Notes under the pieces: model-generated | Databases searched by the model: none | What the model was told of the DNA's origin: nothing | The model's input: the letters and a program-made list of their open reading frames with translations, nothing else | Made by a program: the position numbers and the translations under genes | NCBI GenBank assembly: GCA_040954595.2 | Contig: CM082579.2 | Coordinates: 4,577,227 to 4,641,226, forward strand | Source: Balanoglossus misakiensis | Lineage: Eukaryota; Animalia; Hemichordata | Reading direction: 5' to 3' | Length of the DNA stretch: 64,000 nucleotides | Part shown: positions 1 to 16,794 of the stretch, in pieces | Layout of the letters: each line of letters opens with the position of its first letter | Position numbering within the stretch: position 1 is the stretch's first letter

Positions 1-953
1 AAATATGCCATCCCATATATGCGTTATTATCACCATCGACCTTTATCTCACGACCCGGATTGGCGCATACCTTCGTAACCGTGATCAGGGTATCATCAAT
101 ACGTACATCAATCAGCAGTGAACACATACATCGCATATCACAGGGTGTCCAAACGCCAGGTCACACTGGCCGACACGTATTCCGTTTATTGACAAAATAA
201 CTCTGGGCTGCGTGACTGCATACGCAGTTGTCTTCCCTCCTCGAGAGAACAATTCTCAAGAAGCCAACTCTCCCACCAGAGTGTGAATTCAGCATCTACC
301 GGTAAGTAACAGTCATGTGCCCCCTGTAAGTTTTCTTAACGCTCAAGCAATATGTCACAACACGGCGTTACCGGACATTTGAACACAAGGCTGTCTGTTG
401 ACCAATATATGCTCTATCCACCTGTGTCTGCGAGCAAAGTCGTGTGGGGAGAATCCGCAGTATTCTGTTTACGTGTTATTTCAACGATGTAAAGCAAAAT
501 AACAGTGATTCATATAATTTTTCCGGCCGTCACACCGCCATTTGAAGAGAAGGATGTGATAATAGATGAATTTTTAACCATACGGCATTGACCCAACGTG
601 ACCCAGTACGTTGATTCCTCAGCTTAATGTTAACACTCGAAATTATCACTTCTGTATTCATGTAATAACATATTTTCGAACTTTGTTGGTGTTTACAATT
701 ATTTTGATTAATGAAGAATTTGTGAACACCCACAGAGAGTTAAGGTTGCTTTTTTGAATTCGGTTATCAGGCAACGTACCAGGAATTATTTGTACAACAT
801 ACTTTTTATGTTTTGACAAAAGTTGTTGCTTTTAAGCAACTATCCAATCCAATATCTTTGTTTTACAGGTCGAGATTTGCAGTCTTCCGTTCGACCAGGT
901 CATATGTGTTCAAATTTGATTTTTAAGGCGGATTCACATCAAAGTTGTCAGCT

Positions 954-2297
954 ATGTCTCAGGTGGTCACAATTCAACCAGCGGTACGTGTTGTTATGTA
1001 CAAGTACAATAATTGGCTCATTCAAACTCTGTATTTGATAATCAGTATATTACACCTTCATCGTGCTTTGTGTGTGTGTGTGTGTCTGTATGTGTGTGTG
1101 TGTGTTATTTCTCATAAAATTTTGTCCTGTCCTGTATTTCACAACCATAAATTTTACATTACAGTGGCATGTTGTTAAACCTTTGTTAGATGTAAACATA
1201 GATATTGAGATAAATGACATTTGTCTATTTTGACAGTATGATCTGTCCACCCTCAAGGTAAATATAAATATCACGGACATCATCGCGTTATTTTAGATCT
1301 TTTTGACATGTTGCCAATATTTGCACGTATCAGTGTCAATGATCTTTCTTGATTTTGTAGTGTAACGCTGCTATGGCAACAGCCAATAATTGCTGAAATT
1401 TTGGACTCAAATACATCCCATTATGGCCAGTCGGAGGTTATACACCTGTCGATTTCAATTTGCTGAAAGTACTCCCTCTAACGACAGCTTCTTATGAACT
1501 TTTGTAGTTAATGTTTTTGAAGTTTTCTCAGTATCATACCACCATGGATGAATATTTGCTTAAACTATAATCGATCGAACGAACATACAAAATAAAAAAA
1601 AACTATTATTTTTTATCTACAGAAAAGACAATGGAGTCACAAGTTATTTCAGTGCCAGTGTAGAGACTCTCCTTGTACATGTAAGTTTGTTTGAAGCTTT
1701 TTCAAAGCCACAAATCAACACGTCCCACTAATACGCCAACATCCCATCTTTTCAAACGGCTCAGTTTGTATGTGGTGTTGTCGGCCCGTAGAGGGCGCGT
1801 TTGCGTAGCAATGGAGTCGATGGTCGCGAATCATGTACATGTAAATACATTTTGTCGCTTCCTTCATTTTACAGGTGTGACGGTCAGCTTCTGCTACCCT
1901 TGTTACATGTCCAGGATCGGCACGCGCATTGGGGAGAACCCGTGCACTCCTTGCTGCGTGCCTTGCTCCGCTCTGCCCTTCAGGACCAAGATGAGAACCA
2001 TGTACAATATCACGGTGGGTGCAGCTTTACTCGACAATTGTCCTCGATAGACCATTTTCCGAACTCCACAAGACCATGCGAGATCTCGCGTGGCCAGGCA
2101 TTTTACATAGGAGGACATTCTCGTGTGACACAAGACAAACAACACATACAACTGTAGCATACAGGGTTTGATTTAGATTCTTCTTTTTACAGGGTTCGGT
2201 GACCAATGATTGCTGTGTTACCACGTTTTGCTGCTGCTGTGCAGCCTGTCAGATGAATCGAGAGATGGACTTCCTGAAGGAGCAAGGGTTGGCTTAG
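954..2297 (+). CDS. PLAC8/cornifelin-family cysteine-rich protein, 117 aa, 5 coding exons
   Basis: Exons 954-983, 1237-1257, 1623-1680, 1875-2014 and 2193-2297 all have GT-AG introns and total 354 nt. Translation: MSQVVTIQPAYDLSTLKKRQWSHKLFQCQCRDSPCTCVTVSFCYPCYMSRIGTRIGENPCTPCCVPCSALPFRTKMRTMYNITGSVTNDCCVTTFCCCCAACQMNREMDFLKEQGLA. It shows the PLAC8 hallmarks W..L..C, FC.PC, RT..R..Y.I.GS..D and CQ..RE. A probable 5'UTR exon donor lies at 302. Confidence 0.9.
1067..1104. repeat. Imperfect (TG)n microsatellite
   Basis: Directly visible in intron 1 of the PLAC8-like gene. Confidence 0.9.
2048..2130 (+). repeat. Dispersed short repeat (MITE/SINE-like fragment), copy 1 of 3
   Basis: TAGACCATTTTCCGAACTCC...CGAGATCTCGCGTGGCCAGGCA...ACATTCTC recurs at about 35854-35935 (+) and about 31632-31707 (-). 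Confidence 0.75.
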
Positions 2298-4502
2298 CTC
2301 AGATGACCCTCTCGTGTCAACACGAAAGAATAAGCATGATATGGTTTCTAAATTGCTGAAGATATGTTAATAACAATATTAATACACTCTGCTTCGTGCA
2401 CTGAGAGAGGGCGCCCAAATGTGGCTATGGTGACCCTTCAAAGAGCGACATATGGTTTGCTCAGAATGACGTGTACACTGCTGCAGTCTGCCTTAACTCT
2501 CTCTTCTTATTTTACTCAAGACTCTGAACATATTTGCGGTTATGATTTTCACAGAAATAATCTGGCTGCGTTGAGTTTTAACGTTCTAGCAAACGTTTAA
2601 GAAAGATATGTAGTGATTATCATATTAATGAGACGAGCATCTCTGCGACATAAGCGCCTGTGAGTGAACACTAGGTCAAATAAACTAAAATATTTCAATA
2701 TTTTTTGCACATTTATCGCAAATAAAATTTAAGGTTTTAGCAAAAGATAAAGGGTATCATTTATTGGCTATGCCTCACAGAATTTCTGGGGAAACTGGAA
2801 GTATATTGAGGTCAACAAATTTCAGGTACATGTAGTTGGGGGCCAATTGACAGTGCCTTTGTTTGTTGTCCCGATGGCCTTGCCATGACCCCGCACGGCG
2901 CGGCGGCATCAATACTGGATTCGACAGTTAAAAGACCACTATGGCATGGGGACGCGTTTCCACCTGAACGCACAGTAACAATCCCCCCTCCCGCTTTACA
3001 GACGGCCCTCAATCAAAGGACTCCTCTGAACAATTGGAATCTGGAAAGGTTCGGAAATAAAAAAACCATCAAAAGTTTGCATTATACACCCTGACACAGC
3101 CTAACCAGTTCATTGTCTCTGAACATGGTCCATTTCCAGTCCTTTAGCACCGTGAGTAGTGACCGTAATATTTGAAAAGCCAACTTGAATGGAATAAAGC
3201 ACGCTGCCTTTCGGGCGATTGTTTACAAACATCAATAGACGTGACCTTTGCTGAATTCGTCGTTTCTGGTGTGTGAGGTACTTGTTTTGTCGAGCTCCAA
3301 CCAAAACACACCTTAATAGACTTGCAAACGAACACACAACTAAACCCTGGATGTATACCCCTCATTGTCAAAAACTAGATTAAGGCCCCGGATGTAACCG
3401 TGTCTTTGAAATATCAACATGTTGACACCGTATACGGTCAGTATCGATTACATTTGCTCACAGCTTGTGATTTGCACTTGCATTTTCGTACAACAACAAA
3501 AATGCAGTCTAGCTCAGGAAAATGAGCAGCTATGGCCACTGGCCATTATTGTACCGTGCTTGAATGACTTTTGTAAAAGCAAATTGTCCAAATTTATTCT
3601 ATTTCAAAGCTTGTTTTATTAATTTAACATAATGGTCACATTAAGATGTAGCTTTAACGATTATATTCCCCTGAAACATCACAGAAGCTCGGATTCGACC
3701 TCAAAAAGTACGCACATATTACTAGTACATGTACTCCGCAGTTTTCCTCGATCCGAAATGTTCTCCTATTACTATTTCTATCATGCGAGTTAAAGAAGTT
3801 AAACACATGGCAAATATTTTCTCGAATTTGCTGAGAACGATTGCCTCACGGAGATGTATTGGCCATGCATTCACCGCGTGGGCCTGTATTTTGACTGGTG
3901 CTAAAAATGGACTATGCGGACAAGGTCGGTCGTTGAGCGACCCAGTACTTGGAACGGTGCAAAAACCCACACATCATAAATACTCTAGGTAAAAGTACTC
4001 GTAATAGCCTCCAGGCTGCCCAGACCCTTGCATTTTCGAACAAAAATAACTCATACAATTCATTCGTCTAAATATGGGCCATGGTATACAAGATCTGTTG
4101 CACACTTTTTCTGCTCTGAATGTACAAGACACTGAACCAATGTGAACGTCCCTTTGTCTCAACTATCAATCATGTTGTACCCTAAACCCAGACTCTATTT
4201 TGTCCATTACAGCGTATCGCACGACTCGGACCTGACAGGTCACCAAGTTAACACTTCACAGTTTCCTGCAGACAGGTCAGGTTGCATGAAAACTGTGTCC
4301 CTGGGCTTTGATTGTTAAACTGAGTTAACCCCTCCCATAACTCAGTGAAAATAATCTTAAATACCCTGCAATAAGACAACTTGGACAGAAGCGCACAAAA
4401 TGCATCAAATTTTTAAGTGCGGAAGCACGTCCGTCGGACTATATCTGGCCAATATCTGTCACCAGACCTGTACAACGAAATACGCATAAATGGTTTGTGC
4501 AC

Positions 4503-4820
4503 TCAAGGTCATGTAAGGTCAACTCTCCATAATGTAATCCCCGGGGATTTGTACAGACAGTCGGAATCACTCTGTGAATGCAGCCGCGCTTTATTGATAA
4601 TAGTGCATTTTTTCTTGTCCTTCAAGGGAAAAAAATCCCACCCCGTTGAAGGCCATGCAGTGAATGCATTCATTAATTCATGGGTCGGCCCATTTCCTTC
4701 AAAATAGTCTCTGCATCTTTCTATTGATACGGTTTTCACCAGGGTACATGTACTATGCAACGCCACAATAATCCCTAGGACTAGGAGCATGACGTCACCC
4801 GGTCACGTGGTCTCGCGCTG
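4503..4820 (+). promoter_or_regulatory. Promoter of the mitochondrial microprotein gene (ERR sites, CRE, E-box)
   Basis: TCAAGGTCA at 4503-4511, TAAGGTCA at 4514-4521, TGACGTCA at 4790-4797 and GTCACGTG at 4802-4809, all upstream of the ATG at 4939. Confidence 0.5.
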
Positions 4821-4938
4821 CAATCAGGTTTGGACGCTCGATGTTTTCCTCTCAGTTGGCTAGCTGAACTCGGAGAACGAACAGAGCTCGTTACAAGTGG
4901 TCGATACTGCCTTTTGACTTTGCATTAAAAAATATAAG

Positions 4939-7900
4939 ATGTTTTCCTTCGTGGTAAGAAGTCCATTCATCCGAAATGGTAAGTACGATTGCTATTTAGT
5001 ACCGTTGGCACTTTTTTCCGATGTGAATTCCAGCTGCAGAAGTAAAATCCAATCACGTGATTTCAATATTTTCATTTTTGTGTGTGAAAAAAGATGAATT
5101 TCGTGATCGTACGAAAACGCCCTTTTCTGGTGTACATATAGCTATATAATGTGCGGGTCCAGAAATGCAACATACCGACGAGTCCTGCGATTTTCAGCGA
5201 GAGATGAACTTACAAACAGAACCCTCTCAGTCTCGGAGAAGTATTCCAGCACGGGGAGAATACAGTATTGTTTCATCGCATCACCGCGTTCGGGAGAAAC
5301 CATCATTTTCTTTGCAAGGTGGCAGAAAACATTAGCAAGGAACGCTGCGAGCTCAAGACTTGAAATGACTCGTCAAATAAATGATCTGTGTTGTAAAGCA
5401 CAGCTTGTGAATGCAGATGTGTGTTGTGTATTCATTCAAAGTTCAAAACTCCCCCGGGCCCGTCAAAACAAAACTCGACCGATAGCGTTGTTTAGTGGTA
5501 CTCGAATCTCATTGGGCTTGTCCTACTGACGCGGGGGCATGAGCCATTTGCCGAACGTGATTCCAAGGCTTAAATGACTTCACGGAAAAGTAACTAGCTT
5601 CTCATTAGCCATGGATTTGGATCGAGCGCCTGCAAAACATACGGGAAAGGGCATACTCTACAATAAGATCAATAGCAGCATAATACTTGGCATTTATTTA
5701 CTCTTGAAAAGTAGTTCAGAACCACTTTCAAACGCAATATAATGTCAAGGGCAACCATTCTCTGCACGCACATGACGTCCACCTGATCCGTATTCGTTGC
5801 AAAAATCAATATTTCTGGGGTTTTCTTTGTAGTGTGCGAGCGTTAGGGGATAATAATCCCTGGCATCTATTATGAAAAATAAATCGATGGTAATACTCCG
5901 AATGTGTTTTGGTGTTTGCCGCGTCGCTTTCAACTATGAGAAAATGCTAAAAAAAGACAACAAAAAGTTGATTGATTGATTGACTGAGAGAAATAGAGAG
6001 AGAGGGGGGAGGGGAGGGAGAGAGAGAGTGTGTGTAAACAAAGCCGCACGTTATAGCCATATGATATTCTACGATGTACTACTCATCCATATGGTGAAAA
6101 CAGGTTTCAAAATGCGGCCTTGTGACATTAATTTTTGCCAGCATACGAAAACAATTATTTTTCAATAACGCCTGCTTGGTTTCAAGGTCACAAAATACAC
6201 CCAGTCTGTACCCTCAACATTGCAGGTGTATCGATATCACGCTTCCAAATGCGCGCGCACGTTTCGTTGTAAATGCCCTCTGTTATGATCGCTTGTTTGG
6301 GTCCTCCCCCCGTGGCGTTGGTCGCTCAAAGAAAGAAAAACAGGCGAAGTACAGGCCAGGTTTGTTTGTGCAAGTCTCCTTTACAAAGCACTTAGTGTTC
6401 ACATCAAAAGAATCCTCTTCAGAATTCTATGCGTTCCGCCACGAGAGAAACATGTTTTTTTACAAGAAACCCTTGTAACGCGATGATCATCTGCATGGTA
6501 GATCGACAGCAAGCGATCGCATGCGCAGATTCATTCAGGCCCGTGCACGTAGCCTCATCATCACAACATTGTGGGAAGCAGCATCCAGGGTTCGATTAAG
6601 GTCATCGTACGGGGAAAGTGCTTCTGTTGATGATTGTGCCGCTGCCCGGATGTGTGATGTACTCATCGGGCATTCACCTGATGTAAGAATGACTGAATGT
6701 AAACACATCGGTTCGATGACCACACCTCACTCAGAAACGAAGACCACACCCCACTCATCATTTATGCTATTTTTGTGTGTTTGTGTAAAAAATGTAAAAA
6801 ATCGTATTTTTGATCGGTTGGCCTTCAAACAAGGTCAAACGAGGTAAAGATATCCAGCTCCTATAATTCAGTCCAAATGAAAGTGCTGATATTCTCTGCG
6901 ACGCGAAGTCAACGCCCCGATGCGCATGGATCGTCTTTTCTAACCAAGGATGCTTTGATGAATGGAAGTTCCATCGCTTGGTTGAAGTCGATTTTTACAG
7001 TTTTTTCAAAGAAAATAAAAAACGCGTGTGTTTGTGTGGCTCATTTGAAGCGTGAAAGCACAAAGACAAAATAATTTGATGCGACCAAAATTTGTTGTAC
7101 AGGAAGGAATGAGGGTCATATAAAAACTGTTGGAAAACAATGCATTGCTGTGCGTTCTTTCTCCGTCTTTAGGATGCACTTAAATGATTGTGAACAATCG
7201 CGATTAAGTCGAAGTAATGACCTCATAAACTGCGACCGCAAGGCCGAAGTCATAAACACCGAACATTGTTGTGCGCGTCGTAACTTTCACAATAGCCGTC
7301 TGGTTACAGCAGGGTCTATGGTTACAGCCATAAACATGACAAGATACTTTGCACGCTTCCCAAAACCGAATCATCCGTGCGCGCAGACGATCTCCTCAAA
7401 CCGTGGCTCTCCGTGATAGTCATCAGCGTATTTCAATCTCTGATGAAATGATTACGAGGTCATTACGTGCAAAATTGGCCTTCTTACGACCCCATCAGCA
7501 GAATTTAATGCTGTACGTGCGAATCGACTCGCATTCTCGTTTTCTGACCTCACACAGGATATGCCTGGCCTATTGTGTAATTCGTTTACACATAACGAAT
7601 AGTCGTAAACATTTGACCGCTTTACGGCAGTTCGATGTTCTCCCCGAGTCAACTTTCCCTTGCTGTCAATCATACACTGAAACCATACGGTCGCAATAAA
7701 CCATCGCTTGGGAGTTTTGCTATGCACCAGCAACTGGTCGCCACATGGACTTTTGTCCGCAAACAGTAATATTTGCACTGATATTTCGACTTCAATCATG
7801 GTGGCGATTTCTGTATCACTTTGTTTTGTAAAGTGCATGGCTCTTTTAAAATTGTTTAAGCCAGGATTAACCTCAGACAGCTGTTGTTCATTGTTGGAAT

Positions 7901-9317
7901 GTTTGTTTGTCGTTTACTTTCTCTGAATGCCCTGTAAAACGAGTCATAACAGTCCCGCAAGTAATGCGCCACAGGAGAAATTTGAGGGGAAAAACACGCG
8001 GAGAAATATTCAACTCTGCCGCATCCGCATGTAAACATAACCCGATCCCGAACCCCCAGATGGCGTACTTGTTACGTTCCATTCATTAACGTCAAATGAA
8101 GCATTTTCCCAACAACAAATTAAAGCTAACAGCTACCCCGATGTCTCGAATTGTAAACTCTCTTCTCCCTTTCTTCCCCGACTATTCATTACGCGCATTT
8201 TGGCACATTAACCCGACGATAGAGGTCGCTGCGGATGAAAACAAGACCCCGCAATTCATCTCGTTGATGGCATTGTGTCATGGAACAGAAACGGTGCCCC
8301 TGGGCAGTGGTCGTTGTTGTTCCCCTGTAGTTTGTGTTTTCAATTCTTTTATTAATGGCAAATAGATGGTTTGTCGTCTGGTGGTCTTCTGACGTCAGAA
8401 ATTCGACAGGAGACTCACTCAGTCAACTGCATCGAGAAACAGGGGTTTGCCAGGACAAAGCGAGCTGTGTCGAAAACAATTTCGTCGAAAAATTAAAAAT
8501 GATCGGGAACTCGCGGATGCGAACGAGAAAACAGTGAGAGATAGTGCGCTCTGATCTCAGAACCCGTCACTTTCCTACTAAGTCCGGGGGGCCCGGGGCT
8601 TAATCCCGTTCACGTTGTATCAGAGGACAGACGGAACGACTCCTTTCATGACGGGGTCTTGATCCCACATTTTGGCAGTATCGCAGACAGGGCCATCCAT
8701 TGTTGTGTTATTGTTCAAGAAATTGAAAACCTCGCTTACATGTACATGTAATCTAGAAAAACAGGACGATAAAAGATCCATATGCACGTCAACCTGCGAT
8801 AAACAAGTGTAAAAAGGTGTTTTGTGACTTCTGTTTTCCGTAAGGCAATAGTGTTGAATGTCAGTCAGTACGGTGGTCCTTTGATTCGTGGAATTTAGCT
8901 TAAATACCTGAATAGAAAAACATTCAGCTACAATTCAATAAGTTGTGTGCGGCTATATTAAAATTGTGTTTCTGTATTGCGACTTTTTCAGGTCTGCGTA
9001 GCGGGATCCGTCGGGTCCATCAAGGGCGGCCTCTTGCGGTGGCGGTGGAAAGCACTCCTCACGTGCCAGTGGTTGAGCCGCTGAACGGAGGGATACCGTA
9101 TGCTACATTGCAGTTTCTGGTTGGAGTGGGACTCGGTGCTGGCTCATGGGGATACGTAAGTATTGGCATTCTGATTGAAAAATAATCCAGGTATAAATTA
9201 CATACAACAAAATACCCTTTGTCGTTTGTCAACATTACTTAATACAAGAATTGCGTTTTTTTATATTTCTAGATTCTGTGGAACGACATGATTCCCCTGC
9301 ACCCACCAAAGAAATAA
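4939..9317 (+). CDS. Small mitochondrial single-pass membrane protein, 82 aa; candidate respiratory-chain accessory subunit (NDUFC1-like, with COX7C/COX8-like as alternatives)
   Basis: Exons 4939-4978, 8992-9155 and 9273-9317 with canonical gtaagt donors and AG acceptors total 249 nt. Translation: MFSFVVRSPFIRNGLRSGIRRVHQGRPLAVAVESTPHVPVVEPLNGGIPYATLQFLVGVGLGAGSWGYILWNDMIPLHPPKK. It has an Arg-rich, acid-free presequence and one hydrophobic helix. The stop codon overlaps AATAAA. Confidence 0.72.
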
Positions 9318-10598
9318 ACCAGCGGCGGCGACGGATTGCCGAAACTCCGAACTCGTCACCCTGCAGTACTAGTGGTGTCGTACCTACATGAAACATCATT
9401 ACAGGCTGCGCGTCATTATCCAGAACTTTTCATCGGATACACAACACGCCTCTCGTCAATCTGATAGTCTTTTCCTTCGTCATTAATTTTTGTTATATTT
9501 CTTGCTTCTGACAATCGACTTAGAAGAGTTGTTGATTAATTTCCCACAGTGTAAAAATTACGTGGCAGGAGAGAAGTTTTTTGAAAGACTGAAACGAAAA
9601 TTGTCGTGCGAAGCTTGCTTTGAAAACAGTTTCATGATTGGTGACACCATGATTCCTTCGGAAAGGTCTTCACGTTCTGTCCCAGAGGGCGGACTTGCTT
9701 ACAGTCACCGTGAAGCCGAGACCACCATATTGGCTGACGAGTGACCAGCACAGCGCCCAAAGTTCCGTCAACACTTTATACGCTGAAGTTTTAACTTTTC
9801 ATTCCTTAAAAAAAACTGTCACTACATTGTGCTTCTCAGCTGGACTTTGAGTTTTTATCCAAGTGTAAAACTTATTTCGTTTAGTTAATTTTAGGATTTC
9901 TCAATGTTGTCCGAAAAAAATATGATTTTCAGTGAAATGTGTTTTTAAGTGGTAATGGTATTAATACATGCTGTACAATTACAAGTTTATTTTGATGAGC
10001 TAAGTGATAACACGCATAAATGGAACGCATGTGCAGTGCGATCATTAGTCTTACCGTTTTAACGAAAACGAACAAAAAACTTAAATATTATAAACGAACA
10101 AAAACAAAGGGGCATTATTTTCTTGCTATCGTCAGTTTTAAATGTTTCTTTAATTTGTCATCAATAAAACCGTACTCATTTAAACAACTGCTCACGTTGT
10201 CATAATTTATTATGTAGATCCTAGCCCACACCACCACGGACAGACAAGTGTCGCATCGATAGTCCGGATAATATTTAACCCACTCTGCACTATTTCCCAG
10301 AATGCCCAGTCTTTCAAACCCCCTAGCTGCACAAATAATATGAACTCCAACATCCACTGACTGCTTCTCGTTTACAGCCGTGAAGAACACTGTAGTCTTT
10401 TCCAGTTTCTTTTACTGGTGGTAATTGTTGTGTTTACACTTCTCAACTTGACAATTCGCTATTTTAAATAACAATGACGAACAAATGAAATGAAATAAAA
10501 TAATCAGTGGGTTAGAGGGCCTTCTTTGACCTTTCATCCCTGCCGCATCCGTGCGCTGACTCCGGTGCTCCAGCTGAAGTGGTATATGTGCAGCTGAC

Positions 10599-15364
<4,766 letters not shown>

Positions 15365-16644
15365 TTCATCAAGACCATCGGGTGTAACACCGACCTAGGA
15401 GCAATTTTTTTCTCTTCGTCATCTAGCCAGAAAGACGGCACATGGTGTTGGATAGGATCAAGTGTTGCCTTCAGGAACAGCTACTTGAAAAATGGTTTCT
15501 CACTTTTTGAACTTTCTGTAACACTATCACTGTAAATGGAGAACTTTTCTTTTCCGTGAACGAAGTCACGGTTTCCAATCTACTGTGTGTAATGTTAGAA
15601 TATTTCCCGACAGAAGGGGATGGGAGGGGGGGTCAGGGGTTTATTTTCTGGAGTATTGACTGCAAAACATTCTGTAAAAATTTCTCTAAAAAAATCAGGT
15701 GCCTGAGATAAAACTTTTAGTGTATTATTATTTTGAATAATTGCTTTTTATTTGATATGCAGATTAAATTTGCATAAAAAAGTTAAAGTATATTGCTTGC
15801 GTCATTATGTGTGGACATTCGTCATCAATGTAGGTCTTTTGTTGATTAGCGTCTGCTATCATGTAAAATAAAACCTAGTGATTTTTCGCAGACTTTAGAG
15901 AAAGAGAGAAAGCCTTATGAAAATAACCAACTTATGTAAAATTGTGAAATTTCATCATTGTTGGCAGGTATTTCATAACTGTACGAGTACAAAGTAAATT
16001 TACTGACTGAAATAAAGTTTGTTTTGGAAAAAAAAATGTAAGTGCAGAATTTTTAATTTGGAATTCTCAGCTTTGAATCGATAGTGACTTTAAATGGGAG
16101 CTGGTACTAATAAAGTCTTGTCTCATTTGGAATGGCAGTATGCCATGCAAACCAGGGTGGAAAGTTAAACGCTGAACAAAAACTTGCACTTTTCAACCCA
16201 AAGTATTTGTGGCCCAATGGTTGACAATATAGAAAAGTCGCACCATGTTTATCGAAGTCAGTATAACAAGTTGAGTCGTGATACTAGTATCAGAGAAATG
16301 TTCCCATGGTTGCTTTTTGCTTTCTGTAACATGTGCTGAACCGAAATAAAAAAAAACATGCATATGGAATTACATATGATTAGGGAACACACCAAATATC
16401 ATGTTCATACGAATCATCTCCTGGGAATACAAGGCCTATTACGACTGTCGTCTGTCGATGCGTTTCGAATAACAGTCGAATACGTACACCGTGACATTTC
16501 AGCAGTAATCATGGTAATGGGAGTGTCAGTGTAGGTCTTCGGTGCGCATTTGCCGGACGCCGGAAGCAACAGCGTGCGTAGGAAAAAATGCCATCGCTAC
16601 ATGTACCAGAAGGTAGTGGTATTTTTATGAAACGGTGAAATTGT

Positions 16645-16794
16645 AATTGTAGACAAAGAGAACAGGATATTACGGAAATTCACTGTAAGTTTGTCGTTTC
16701 CCCAAAACTAGAAGTGAATTGTAGACATAGAGAACAGACAATTACGACATGCACTGAAAGTACATGTATGTCGCTTCCTCAAAAGTTAGAAATT
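16645..16794. repeat. Diverged two-copy tandem duplication (units of about 72 and 78 bp)
   Basis: AATTGTAGAC(A/T)..AGAGAACAG...ATTACG...CACTG.AAGT...TGTCG.TTCC.CAAAA.TAGAA starts at 16645 and again at 16717. Confidence 0.85.

Noticed and set aside
4509-4790. 93-aa minus-strand ORF with a signal-peptide-like N-terminus
   Set aside because: It overlaps the promoter motifs of the microprotein gene, has no recognisable domain and has no supporting exons.
5150-5370. Minus-strand open frame with a TTT|gtaagt donor inside intron 1 of the microprotein gene
   Set aside because: No partner exon or homology could be found.
6625-6700. C/D-box-like TGATGA...CTGA with an internal hairpin
   Set aside because: No convincing terminal stem or recognisable rRNA antisense guide.
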